Source: Octopus sinensis (lineage: Eukaryota). Taken from it: DNA of 64,000 nt. Under the pieces are notes generated by a model. It worked only from the letters and a program-made list of their open reading frames with translations, had not been told where the DNA came from and searched no databases. The translations under genes and the position numbers were made by a program. Below, one piece after another: positions 24,966 through 37,562 of this stretch (positions are counted from its first letter, which is position 1; the number at the start of each line of letters is the position of its first letter). The stretch is from contig NC_042997.1 of the NCBI RefSeq assembly GCF_006345805.1, positions 203,174,001 to 203,238,000 of the forward strand, written 5' to 3'.

Positions 24966-27900
24966 TCTAGCCTAATTCTGGGGTGCTGGTTTCAAATACA
25001 AAATCAGTTTTCACTTGTCACCTCTAGTTTTTGAGATATACATTATTATGAATTTGTGACAATTCACGTAACCATATATATGATCAATTTTTATTTTGTT
25101 TTCCATATTTTTGTGATACATATGATATATATCCCTACAATGGCATCAGGCACTTCAAAGCACTGAGGATGCATCAATGAAGCAAATTCATTCTGCTACA
25201 TGTGTGGGGATTTCACAATAGTTGCACAGCGCCAAACAATTACTTCCCTCCTGAGAACTGCTTACTTTCATTATTTTCACTGTAAAATTGGAGATCAGGA
25301 CATATCCTGGGCCCCACACACTTGTTGTAAACCTTGCTACAATGGACTAACTGCATGGTCTAACAGCAAGAAAGCATCCTTCAATTTTGCTGTCCTGATG
25401 ATCTGGAGAGAGCCATGAAGCCATGCAGATGATTGTTATTTTTGTCTAACAAATATAACAGGTTTCAAGGCTTCTTCTAGAAAAAAGATCAAATGTCCCA
25501 ACCTTTCCTCAGCTATAAGACCTGTTCCCCACTCAGATGATCTCCCTGTCTCTACACTCCCAACAAATAAGGATTTTCTTCCTTCATCAGGGGAAGATTC
25601 TGCCAAGTCAATCTCTTCTGAAGACAATGTTGCTGTTTATTCATGAGCAAGTGGCAATGAGCCCCACTGGATCACACAGGAAGACCTCAATGACCTTGCC
25701 CATGATTTGTATCTATATAAAGCAGCAGTCAGAGCTCCTGGCATCCTGGTTTAAGCAGTGGAACCTGGTCAAGACAGATGTAAGGATTACCAGATTCAGA
25801 ACACGAAACCAGGACTTTGCCTCATTCTTCGACATATCATAGACAATAGGTTGTGCTACTGCACAGGCGTCTCTGGCTTGTTCACCTTCCTTGGTTTCCC
25901 ACACAGTCCCTCAGACTGGCATCTTTTCATAGATTCTTCCAAGCAAAGTCTGAAGGCTGTACTCCGGCACAATGGAAATAAATAGCCCAGCATTCCCATT
26001 GCCTACTCAGTCCATCTGAAGGAGTCATATGACAATATGGAGTTCCTTTTGGAAGCTGTCAAGAACAACCAGTACCAAGACTTCAGGTCATTGGGCTCCT
26101 TTGGGCATGCAAGGGGGCTTCACAAAGTACTGTTGCTTTCTCTGGGAGAGTTGGGCTATGTCCAAGCACTACAAGCAGAAGGACTGAGGATCTAGGAGTA
26201 CTTCCATGCCTGGTGAACACAGCGTTCAAGAAAATCCTTTGATGGACATGAACAAGGTGTTTCTTTCTTCTCTTCATATCAAGCTTGGTTAAATAAAGAA
26301 TTTCATGAAGGCCATGGACAAAAGTGGCACTGCTTTCCAACACTTGTGCACTCTGTTCCCAGCTCTAAGTTCAGCTAAGCTTAAGGAGGGCATCTTCGTT
26401 GGACCTCAGATCCAAGAGGTGCTGAAGGATAAGGACTTTGAGGAGATTCTTACCTGAAAGGAACTGAATGTGGGAAACATTTAAGTTAGTCTGCCATAGC
26501 TTCTTTGGTAACACACAGGTACTAGATTACCAAGAGTGTACTGAGAAGTTGTTACAGTCTTATGAGGATATGGGATGCCGAATGTCACTCAAAATTCACT
26601 TTCTCCACTCCCACCTCAACTTCTTCCATCTAAACCTCAGAACAGTAAGGGATGAGCATGGAGAAAGGTTCCACCAAGATATTACTAAGATGAAGAGCAA
26701 CTACCAAGGCAAGTGGAACCCCAGTATGATGGGAGACTTTTACTGGATGCTCTTGTATGACATCCTGGAGGTAAAGTACACAAGATCATCCAAAAAAAAA
26801 ACTCACTTCTGTGTGTTGTACTATGATTTGTGAGTATTGTATTATCCAAGTAATTTAGTTCCATCAATGTTCTGTGTCTATGCTGGGTTTTTTTTCTGTA
26901 ATATGCCTTTGTAACAGATGAAATAAACACATTATATTTTGAATTTATATGCAATATGATTAAAATAGGAAATGTGAGAGCAAAAAAATTAGAGGTGATA
27001 GAGCAAAACTGTTCAGAAAATTGAATTCACCACATCAAAATTAGTTAAAAAAAAAAAAAAAAAAAATACACCCATTCACATCCTTGCCTCAGGGCAAATA
27101 AAATTTTTGTAAACCAGTGTAATTTGTCACTTTAATCCAAAGCTATAATATAGTAGAAAAGTTCATTTAATTAGTCCATTAATAGACACATGAGTAACAC
27201 TTTCATTCCACACTTGAAATTACATATACTTGTAATGCTAGATACTAACTAACAGATTTTAAAAAACAATCCTGAAATTAATTAATAAATATGTAATCAA
27301 TTTTTGATACACCTAAGCTCCACTTTTCAGCAACTAATTAAGACCTAAAATACAATTTCTGGAACATCCTTTCATAGTCAAGAAAATAATGCAACATATG
27401 GCTGTTTTTGAGATTGATCACCATCAGCATCATTTAACATTCATTTTCTAAGTTGGCATGGATTGAACAGCTCAACAGGATCCAATTAACCAAAGCCAAC
27501 CACTTTATACAATGTACTGGATGCATTTTTTTCATGACACCAATACTAGTGAGATTGCCAAGTAATTCACAAGAAGAAAAATCACCCATCTCCATGTAGA
27601 GAGGGGGGTGGCTTTGTGCCAAGTGTTGGAAGGTAAGAGTGATGGAGGAACAGGCACAGGTGTTTTGCTATAGAAGAAAAACATACCACCACCCGCTCCT
27701 GCATTGTAAGGGCAGATTGGGAGTGGCTGGAAAAGAGTCAATGGCTAGTGTGATGAGAGGTCAAAGAGTACTTCCAAGATTCAAGAAGGTGAGATTCAGG
27801 AATACAAACAAAAAATTGGGATGGGTAGGTGGTTAAATCCATTAAAGTGTGGGGGAGAGTGACACCTGATTAGAAATAGGTGTAGAGGTGAATGTAGGGT

Positions 27901-30900
27901 ATGGAACAAGGGTGGAGGTGTGGTTAATAGTAATTAGCAGTATGATTGGGAGTGGGGCACAAGTGAAAGAAATAAGGGTGGCTCAGAAATAAGGAGATAA
28001 GTGATAGTAGAGGAAGGGAGGAGAGCTGTAATATAATGTGTAGGTAGATCAGAAAATAGGGAGGTGATTGCAGGGTGAAAGAGAGAGATGTGTAAGAATA
28101 GGAAAAAAAAAGTCATGGGGATGTAGTGGGGAGAGCTATTCCCTTTACCCCAGATTTCTGATCTTGTACCAGTGTTAGAAACTATATTTTATTCTGTAAA
28201 GTGTTAATAAAATAATTCTTTGACGTTGGGAATTCAATCAATATTCAACTAATGTACACAAACACACAATTGAATAGCAGACTTATCTCACAACTTTCTA
28301 CTTACTGATTAGAGACGAAATTCTTTAAATTCATTAATTACTAATATTAGATTATGCAGCTTGCTTGTCCATTAACAATTGTTAGTGACACTGCTGTGTG
28401 TCTTTCAATTCACCTACATCATATTCTAATAAATTTCCTTTAATCTCCACTCGTACATTTATATTACTTTGTTGGTATTATTTAACCCTTTAGAAGGTAG
28501 TGAGCTGGCAGAATCGTTAGCACACTGGGCAAAATGCTTATCGGTATTTCATCTGCAGCTACAATCCAAGTTCAAACTCCGTATAATTAAGTACCAGTTG
28601 AGTACTAGGGTCAATGTTATTGACTGTCCCCCTTCACCACAAAATTCAGTCCTTGTGCCAATAGCAGAAAGGATTATTTAACCCTTTTGTTACCACATTT
28701 ACACTGAAGTGAACTGCTTTTGCTTCTATTAATTTGGAAAATAATGTATTTAATAAAATAATTTTGTCCTCATTAAAATGAGGTTTGTAACACAAGCATT
28801 TTGAAGGAAAGTTTTTAGATTACTTAAAAAGAGGGAATTTGTATCATCGAACCAGGCAGATTGGTAATGAAAGGGCTAAATCCTAAAAGATAATATTTTA
28901 CATCTGTTATTCATAGATTATTTTTGGACCATTAACCTCATCTTAATAAAATTTGAAAGAACTATTTTTAGTATTTGACACGTTTTTTATTGGTTTACTC
29001 TCCAATCATCTTTAGGAGTCTTATTCCTGAGTATGTACTGGTCCCAATTGTCACCAGGCAATTGGGGCCAGTACATATCCACTTTTACCTTCTCTGGAAG
29101 CTGGAAAACTTCAATAAATTCAGAATTTATGTTGTGTGGTATTTAATATAGTTTTATTCACTTTTGGTAGTCAAAAACATGCCACTGGCACCTTGAGTTG
29201 TTTCTCTAACTTCATTCAAGTTATGTGCAGGGTACAAGATTGGATTTGATCAAGCAATTATTTCAAAATTAGTGGCAGTAATGCACAAGTAATCCACTAT
29301 GCAACAGATATTAAAAAAAAAAAAAATAATAAACCTCTTTACAAATACAGACACACTAACAACATGTGGCATGTTTACACCTGCACACACTGACTGACAT
29401 ACACACACACTTATCAGTATGGGTGCAAATGTTGTAGTGCTAACACTAATGTAGATGTGCAGCTATACAAGTTGATGATTCACCATCAACCTGTATAGCA
29501 GTCTTAATTTTTTTTAATACCACTCTAACTGAGACTGCTCCTGGTTCTGTGATACAAATTTCCTATTTAAAGTAATCTAACTTAAAACCTTGCATCAAAA
29601 AGTTTATGTTCCAAACCTTAACATCATAATGACAAAGTTATTTTACCAAATTCTTCATTAGTTTCAAAATTAAGTAATAACACAAAAGGTGACATATTTC
29701 AATAGAAATATCTTGAAAGAGTTTATAGTAACATTTAAGCTTAGATATCAATGATAAGGTTTCTCCGTTTAGTCATAATGATTTGCATTTTTAAAAAAAA
29801 AGCAGAAAAATTAAAATTTGTTACAATGTTGCCTTCTCTATGTGATTATTTCGATTAAGATACACTACCTTTGTTTTAATTTTGTAAATAATGAAAAGTT
29901 TAGTAGAATAACGTTGTCCTTACTAAGCTGGTGTTTGGAATATGAATTAACATGAAATTCTGATGCAAAGTTTTTATTTAGATCATATAGCATAGATTAT
30001 TTGTGTCATAGGGCCAGAGGTGGTCTTGGATGGATTCATATCAAAAGTGTTAATATGCAAATAAAAGAAAAGGTAAGTATTATTTAGTAAAACCCAGTCT
30101 GAATTCTTGATTATCTTGAGAACTGAAACTCATTAATTGCTTGCAAAATTGTCATAAGGGTTTAAATGAATTCTGAAGGAAAAACAACTACTGAAATGGA
30201 AAATAGATTTTCAAAGACATCCACACAGGAGCCTCCCCAACTTGCAGTAATGTTCACTCTTACATCTAAAACAAACAATCTTCACCAGAAACAAAAATAA
30301 AATGTTTGAAACAGAATTTTAGATTTGGGAAGAAAAAGGCTGTTTTCACATCATGCACAGTAGTCTTACAACACAGGCTCATATATACACATAAATATAC
30401 AAACACACGTGGGTATATAAGGTGCTGGAGAAACTTAATACACTATTATTATAGATTAGTATAGACTATTTGCTTGTTCTTTCACACTTGTCACCTGAAC
30501 AAACACACAAAACCAAGAAACTAAGAGGAACAACAAACAGGGTGACTGTACCATTAGGTCTGAAAGTGTATGCATTTTTGTTGAAAGTCTGTGTGTGAAT
30601 GAGCACACAGACACACACACACACACAAAGAACACCAACAACAGTAAAAGCTGGAGAGAACTGATATTCCAACTGTTTAGTACTGACTGAAATAAATAGT
30701 CATGGTGGCCATTTGATTGTTTCCGCTATCATGTCTCAAATTAATAATACAACAGGACGGCAGATAAATAAATGAAACGAGTTCTCATAAATGTCAAACT
30801 TATTTTCTATTGCAAACATTTTGGAAAGAAATAGTTTTACAATGAGGAATTGTGCTGTTATAGGTTTTACAGCAAGATATTTAACAAGACGGACAGACAG

Positions 30901-31270
30901 AATGCAAGAGATCAATAGAGACAAGGACCACAAGAAAGACAGACAGTAATGTATACATAAGGTATAGAGGTAATTAGATTAACAGGTGTAATTGCAACAG
31001 AAATGTTGAGAGGAAAATTCTGTTTTGAATTTTCACGGCAAGTATCAGTTATAATCTGACTTCAGAACAGATAATTTTTTTTTTAATATATAAAATGGTA
31101 TATTATTAGATATCAAAGTATTCTATCATACATTTAGATGATCACTAATATTCCATGGTGTGGAGAATGGTTTTGAATTACAAAAGCAGAAGTGAATATA
31201 ATCATGAGTTCATGAAAGAGTGTCTGAGGTTGTGTGGCTTTAATGGCTACTATTACTTTACCACAAAGAA

Positions 31271-31303
<33 letters not shown>

Positions 31304-31757
31304 ACATACACTGTAGGTTAACTGAATTTGTTGGTACACCATTAACTTAGCCATATATCCTCTGACATTCTCCAACTCCAATCCAACCAATCTAAAAGCA
31401 CCTAGATCAAACAAAGGTCAAAAGGTTACAAGATAAAAAAACACAGAAACATTAAAAACATTTTAAAAATATCTGCTTTCTATATTATCTTACTATAGAT
31501 GCATTAAACTTGACACTCTGAAGATAGTCATGCTCTGGAAAGGTTTTAGAGACATGTTCATTAAAATATGACCACGAGAAGGTTCTATAATGGACAACAT
31601 CAGTTCTGGCTTCACAATGTGTAAATTGAAACAGATCCAACAGTTAAATATAGAGAGCAAAAATCCTCACTACAGGACATTGAAATTTGGAAAGTTAAAG
31701 AAGATGTTTAACCGATTTTTGGAAATGGAGTAAGAAGAGAATAGTCTGCTGAGTGTA

Positions 31758-33027
31758 CGAGGGGTGTTCAATAAGTAATGCCCCTGACCTACTTGCAGTT
31801 GTTTGATCTAGCTGAAATTTTGCATGTGCACTTATTTATACCTCTATAGATTAAGTGGCGAATTACAGCTCTGAACTAATTGCGGTTTCTGATTTACAGG
31901 TGTTTGAACTGAGTCAAGTGTGAAATGGAGCCTGTTGAGTGTCGAGCAGTGATCTCGTTTTTGTATTTGAAAGGACGCACACCACGGGAGACTTTTGATG
32001 AAATGAAAGTAACTTATGGTGATGATGCCCCATCATATGACCTTGTAAAACGCTGGCATTGTGAATTCAAACATAGTCGGAACTCTGTGGAAACAGCTCC
32101 CAGATCTGGTCGCCCCCTTCTGCCGTTGATGAGACGTCTGTCCGTCAAGTTGAGGCTGCCATTTTGGAAGGTCAACGCATAACTATTCGCCAAATAGCCC
32201 ATAAGGTCAAGATTAGTACCGGGTCTGTGGAAACTATCATTCACGACCATTTGCATATGCAAAAGGTGCCTGCCAGATGGATTTCCAGGTTGCTCACACC
32301 TTTCCAGAAGCAAGAACGCGTTGAGTGCTCGAGGATGAATTTGGAGATGTGCTAAGAAGATGAGTCAAAATTTTTCAAAAGACTGATCACACAAGATAAA
32401 ACCTGGGTCCATCACTATGATCCATAGACCAAAGCCCAGTCAATGCAGTGAAAGCACTGTGACTCACCTCCTTCAAAGAAGGCAAGAGTGCAGCCCTCCG
32501 CTGACAAGGTTATGCTCACAGTCTTCTGGGACCAGGACGGAGTAGTGATGACAGATTTCCTGGCAAAGAGTACCACAATTACAGGAGCCTATTATGCTTC
32601 ACTTTTGAGGAAATTAAGAGAAGCTATCAAAATCAAGAGGCGGGGCAAGATCAGCAAAGGCATCCTCCTCCTGCAGGACAACGCTCCGGTCCACAACTCG
32701 CGTGTCGCCAGATCAGAAGCACAGGCGTGCAGCTATGAACTCCTCCCCTTGCACCCTCTGATTTTCACCTCTTCCCAGCCATGAAGTTGATTTTGAAAGG
32801 AAAGCGTTTCCCAGATGATGCAGCCTTGATTTCTGAAGTCACGTCGTGGTTGGAGGACCAAGCTGGGGTCTTCTACAAAAACAGTCTCCAGAGCTGTATC
32901 AAACGATGGGAGAAATGCATAACTCTGGGTAGTTCCTATGTAGGAAAAGACTAATAACTGTGCCAAGTGTCGTTGCTCTACTGCTATGGGAAGTGGGTCA
33001 GGGGCATTACTTATTGAACGCCCCTCG
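31758..33027 (+). mobile_element. Mariner (Tc1/mariner) element, near full length (1270 bp), transposase disrupted
   Basis: 32-bp TIRs (CGAGGGGTGTTCAATAAGTAATGCCCCTGACC, 1 mismatch) flanked by TA. ATG at 31925 (MEPVECRAVISFLYLKG..APRSGRP), then DKTWVHHYDP and LLQDNAPVH across frames, with frameshifts and stops. The YSPDL region appears deleted. Confidence 0.92.
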
Positions 33028-33317
33028 TAGAAAGAAAACTCAAGGCATTGGTTTAGTGCAAGTGAATCAAGAAAATGCCTCTATTGAATCAGTGTTTGAA
33101 GAAAAATACTTATAGGGGCTCATTATCTTTTTTAAGTCTACCTTTCCATGCTTGCATTGTTAAACAGAATTCGTTGAGGCAACTTTTCTAAGGTCAGATG
33201 CCCTCCCTGTCACCACCCCTCATCTGTTTCCAAACAAGGTAATATTTCCCCCATAGCCAGAGATGTGTTTCATGGAAGATTGAAAAATAAACAATGCCCA
33301 TTTACAACCATCAACAC

Positions 33318-33352
<35 letters not shown>

Positions 33353-34821
33353 TGGGCTTCTTTGAATGTTTACCTACATAATCTACTCACAAAGCTTTAG
33401 CTGGCCTGGAGCTTTTAGTAAAAGACATTTGCCTAAGGTGCTGCACAGTGGGACTGAACTAAAAAACCATATGGTTGGAAAGCAAGTTTCTTAATCAACG
33501 TAGAAGTCTATTTTTTAGTGACTCCTCTAATTAGAATAACTGGTGTAAAGGCAATTTAATTGTTGCAGATAACTTGTAAGAAGAAGAGGCAGAAGAGTTC
33601 TAGGAAGAAGAATTGTGAAAAGCATTTAGTGATGGGTTGAAAATGAAGAAACAGTAGAAATAGCATGGATAAAATAGAAGCAGTATGGAGTTGAGAAGAT
33701 CATGGCTTTGTGTTTACATGCTCAAATCTATCATTATGGCTGCCTTTACTGTTCATCTCTCAAACTCACTAAGTGTCAAAAGCCCTATATCTTCCTCCTT
33801 AACAATAAGAGGGCATATACCAGCATGTACCAAAGAAAACAAAAATCAATAATGGCAGAAAGTGGACGTCTTCCTATCTGCTACAGTTTAATATGTGCTC
33901 AATTATACTCCAATACTTGAACGGTTCATGACTATTTAGCAATATAACTTATTAGTTTCAGCTTCTTCTAATAGAAGCTGAGAATTTCAAACTTATGAAA
34001 GTACAAATACAATTTAGAAAAAAAAAAAAAAAACGCAAAGAATGGAGAGGAAAATAAAATCAGAAGTAATTCATTAAGATTTGAAGAAATCAATTTATAA
34101 AAATGAACTGATAATATTTAAGAAGAAAAAAGAGCATTTGAAAAATCTCTCAATCCGTACTAAATTCCAAGCTTATCTTTTACTATTAATCACAATGTTT
34201 TTTAATGAGACAGTCTAACAAATTGTGGTTGTCTTGAAGTGTTTCCTGATAGGAATCTAGGTTAAGTTGTATTGGAGATAGCAACAATTAGTATCATTGA
34301 CTATCATGTTAGGTGAACAGCTTCAGCTCAACCTTAATAATTAAGCAGTAACAGAACACACACTTCAAAACTGAATGATTTAAAGTTTGTTTTGATCTCA
34401 GATAAAAACTACAAAATAACTTCCATTAAGACTTGACAGAACTCTGTTCTTTATGAAATGTATCCAACAACCACAGCAACAGGCAGAGGTGTGATTGCAT
34501 GGTTAAGTAGTTCACTTCACAGCCACACAGCACCTTGGGCAAGTGTCTTCTACTAGAGCCCCAGGCTGATTGAAACCTTTTGAATGGATTTGGAAAACAG
34601 AAACTAAAAGAAACCTGTCATGTGTGTGTATCCTTGCCTAGACATCAAGTGACAGAACATTAGGAGAGGCAGGTGTAGACAAGTGAATTGATGTCAGTAC
34701 TTGTACTTTAATTAATACCAGAAGAATAAAAACATAAATTCGGATATGCATGTAGACATTAGTAGAGTACATTCAAGCAATATTCACATATTTCTAACAG
34801 AACACATGAAATAAATTAACA

Positions 34822-34971
34822 GTAGGCACAGGTGTGACTGTGTAGTAGGGAGTTTGTTTCCCAACCATATAGTTCCAGGTTCAGTCCCACTGCATGGTAC
34901 CTTGGGCAAGGGTCTGTTATAGCCCCAAGTTGACCAAAGCTGTGAGTGGATTTGATAGACAGAAACTGAAA

Positions 34972-35002
<31 letters not shown>

Positions 35003-35190
35003 TATCACCACTGCTTGACAACCAATGTTGGTTTGTTTACATCCCCATAACCTAGCAATCTGGCAAAAAGAAACCGACAGAATAATTACCAGACTAAAAA
35101 ATAAAATAAAAACGCATTGGAGTCAATTTGCTTGACTAAACTCTTCAAGGCAGTGCTCCAGCAAGGCCAGTCTAATGCCTGAAACAAGAT
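34822..35190 (+). mobile_element. SINE family A
   Basis: Head, (GT)/(GC) tract and family-A tail. Confidence 0.72.
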
Positions 35191-36123
35191 AAAAAAAAAA
35201 GATACTAGCTTTGAAAACCAAAAATGAAATAAAAGCAATAAAAATAAATGCTTCCAGTGCCCAACCAAGTAAAAGACATTGATCCATTAACCATGTTAAC
35301 ACCACAAATATTTATGTCTTAAATTAAGGCAAGTCTGTGATTTTCCATGCTGTGCAAAGAATTAATCTTAAGTCTTCCAGATTTTCTTATCAGTGACACT
35401 TGTAGTCTTTGAAGGAAGGATCCTGATATATAATGATACGCTAAATTAAACTTGTATGGAAGATGAAGAAGATAGTGGCTCTCATGAAGAGGAAACTTTA
35501 TTAATGATAGGATAGTGGTTGTGGTTTTGGTCTTGATGACGTGAGTGTGAAAGTGAGCACAGTCCATGCTGATTATGGTAATGATGGCTTTTGATAAGTG
35601 TAGAAGCAGCATTTTAACAAAATGATAATAGTGATACTGTTCTGTTGATGATATTAGCATCATTATCCTTTTAACACTTTTCTTTCTTCTTCCTAACTAG
35701 AAATAAAATGTCATACTTCACCATTTGAATAAATATCTTATCCTAGCTAAAATAGTAGATCTAACCGGCTTGATAATGAGCTGATATGGCTGAAAAATGA
35801 TATGTCATCGGAAAATTATTAAATAGATAAAGTGACTGCTTCAGCAGAGTCTGAAGTAAGCAAGCAAGCTATTTAAAGGGCTGTATTTCCATGAAGTGCA
35901 AAAAGGAAAAGTAAACAGGTACTATTCGTTAGGAATTATTTTGATCACCATCATTTAACATCCACTGGCATGGGTTGGACGGTTTGATCAGAGCAGGAGA
36001 GCTGCACCAGGCTCCAGTCTCATTTGGCATGGGTTCTATGGCTTGATGCCTTTCTTAATACCAACCATTTTACAGAGTGTGCTGGGGGCTTTTATGTAGA
36101 ACCACATGTGTATCTTAATGTGA

Positions 36124-36194
36124 CTCTTCATTATATCCTCTTCATTATAACATATAATGCTCTTCAGTATATCATATATCCTCTTCATTATATC
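36124..36194. repeat. Four copies of a 14-mer CTCTTCATTATATC
   Basis: Units at 36124, 36138, 36160 and 36181, with 0-1 mismatches each. Confidence 0.8.
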
Positions 36195-37284
36195 AGGGGA
36201 TAGGGAGCTGGTATATGAATTCTAGAAGAAACCAGGAAATGTTAGATGGTTACAAAGACTGATCGGTAGAAATGAAATGGAACATGATTTGAATTAGACA
36301 AGTGGAATTCTAGTTTTGAACTGATCATCCAGGAATGAAAAGCAATCAAACTACCACAGCCATAACTCATCGTTTTCCATTCTATTTATTTGATCAGCCC
36401 CTAACAAACACAGGATTTTGGTCATTTAGCAATGGACAATGCAGAGTACTTAATATCACAATTGAACAAAAAAAAAAAAAAGATGGAGTGGCAGAAATTG
36501 TTGCCTGGGCTATAACTAAAAACTACAGATTGCAGCAGCTATCACACAATGTCAAGACAAGGAAACAGAAACAAGCATGTGCACACACACACTGAGGGCC
36601 TCTTTCAGTTTCTTTCAGCTGAATCCACTCACAAGTCTTTGTTTGACCCAGGGTTACAGTAGAAGACTGACCTAGGGTGCCATGTAGTGAAACTGAACCC
36701 AGGACCATAAGGTTAGGAAGCAAACTTCTTAACCACACAGTCACACTTGCATCTATTTACTATTCATGAGGAACATGCAGATCTGATAGGTGGAGTAGAG
36801 GTTTATAGGTGGCAAAGATCTGGGTTGAAAAGGCAATAGAAAAATGTAGGATGATATCATCAACTTGAAAGAGACAGACAGACAGAGAGTGTGTGTGTGT
36901 GTGTGTGTGTGTGTGCACGTGCATGCGGATAGCAGTGACGGTGTGGATATAGAGAAGAAAGTGTAGAATTGTAGAAAACAGTCTGTGATGGACTGGAGTC
37001 AAAGAGTTCCGATCGCACAAGTGTGATGTAATCCAAGTGATTAAAACTCAGACAAAGCTTATAGTTAATCAGCTTTGTCACAGGAATCGGTAAATAGCAC
37101 TGCTGATGTCAAAAGCAACAAGTTTCTTCTGACTCAAAACTATTGGTTCATTAATTCTTTAGTATATTCAGCTGAGACCATGCTGGAGCACCCCTTTTGA
37201 AATATTACTGGTAATTTTTGAAGGGAGGTCTTCAATGGTAATGATTTGGCTGGTTGCAGAAAAGTGAGAGATGAATGTGGTAAC

Positions 37285-37523
37285 AACTTTGCTGTGTGCG
37301 TGCGTGTGTGTGCGTGTGTGTGTGTGTGACAGACAGTGAGAGAGATACGCAGAGAGAGAAGGCAGAGAGAGAGGGAGAGAGAGGCACAGAGAGAGATACA
37401 GGCAAAGAGAGAGGCAGAGAGAGGGGGAGAGAGAGGCACAGAGAGAGAGAGACACACACACACACAGACACACATGGAGACAGAAAGAGAGAGAGACACA
37501 CACACACACACACATGGAGACAG

Positions 37524-37560
<37 letters not shown>
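37285..37560. repeat. Compound (GT)/(GA)/(CA) microsatellite
   Basis: Directly visible; source of many spurious ORFs. Confidence 0.95.

Positions 37561-37562
<2 letters not shown>

Larger units (their letters stand above)
24542..27119 (+). mobile_element. Chapaev3-type (CMC superfamily) DNA transposon, full length, transposase pseudogenised (about 25140-26815)
   Basis: Termini CACTAGTTTACA / TGTAAACCAGTG (12-bp TIR, 1 mismatch) with a TAA TSD on both sides (24539-24541, 27120-27122). Across frames: FCYMCG, WAPHTCCKPC, IWREP*..DCYFC, LFIDSSKQSLKAVL, FTKYCCF, LHIKLG, KLKEGIFVGPQI, KIHFLHSHL, DEHGERFHQDI, with stops and frameshifts. Confidence 0.82.

Noticed and set aside
27820-28140. G-rich tract as a G-quadruplex or regulatory element
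   Set aside because: G-runs are irregular and widely spaced; it looks like a decayed low-complexity or retro-element remnant.
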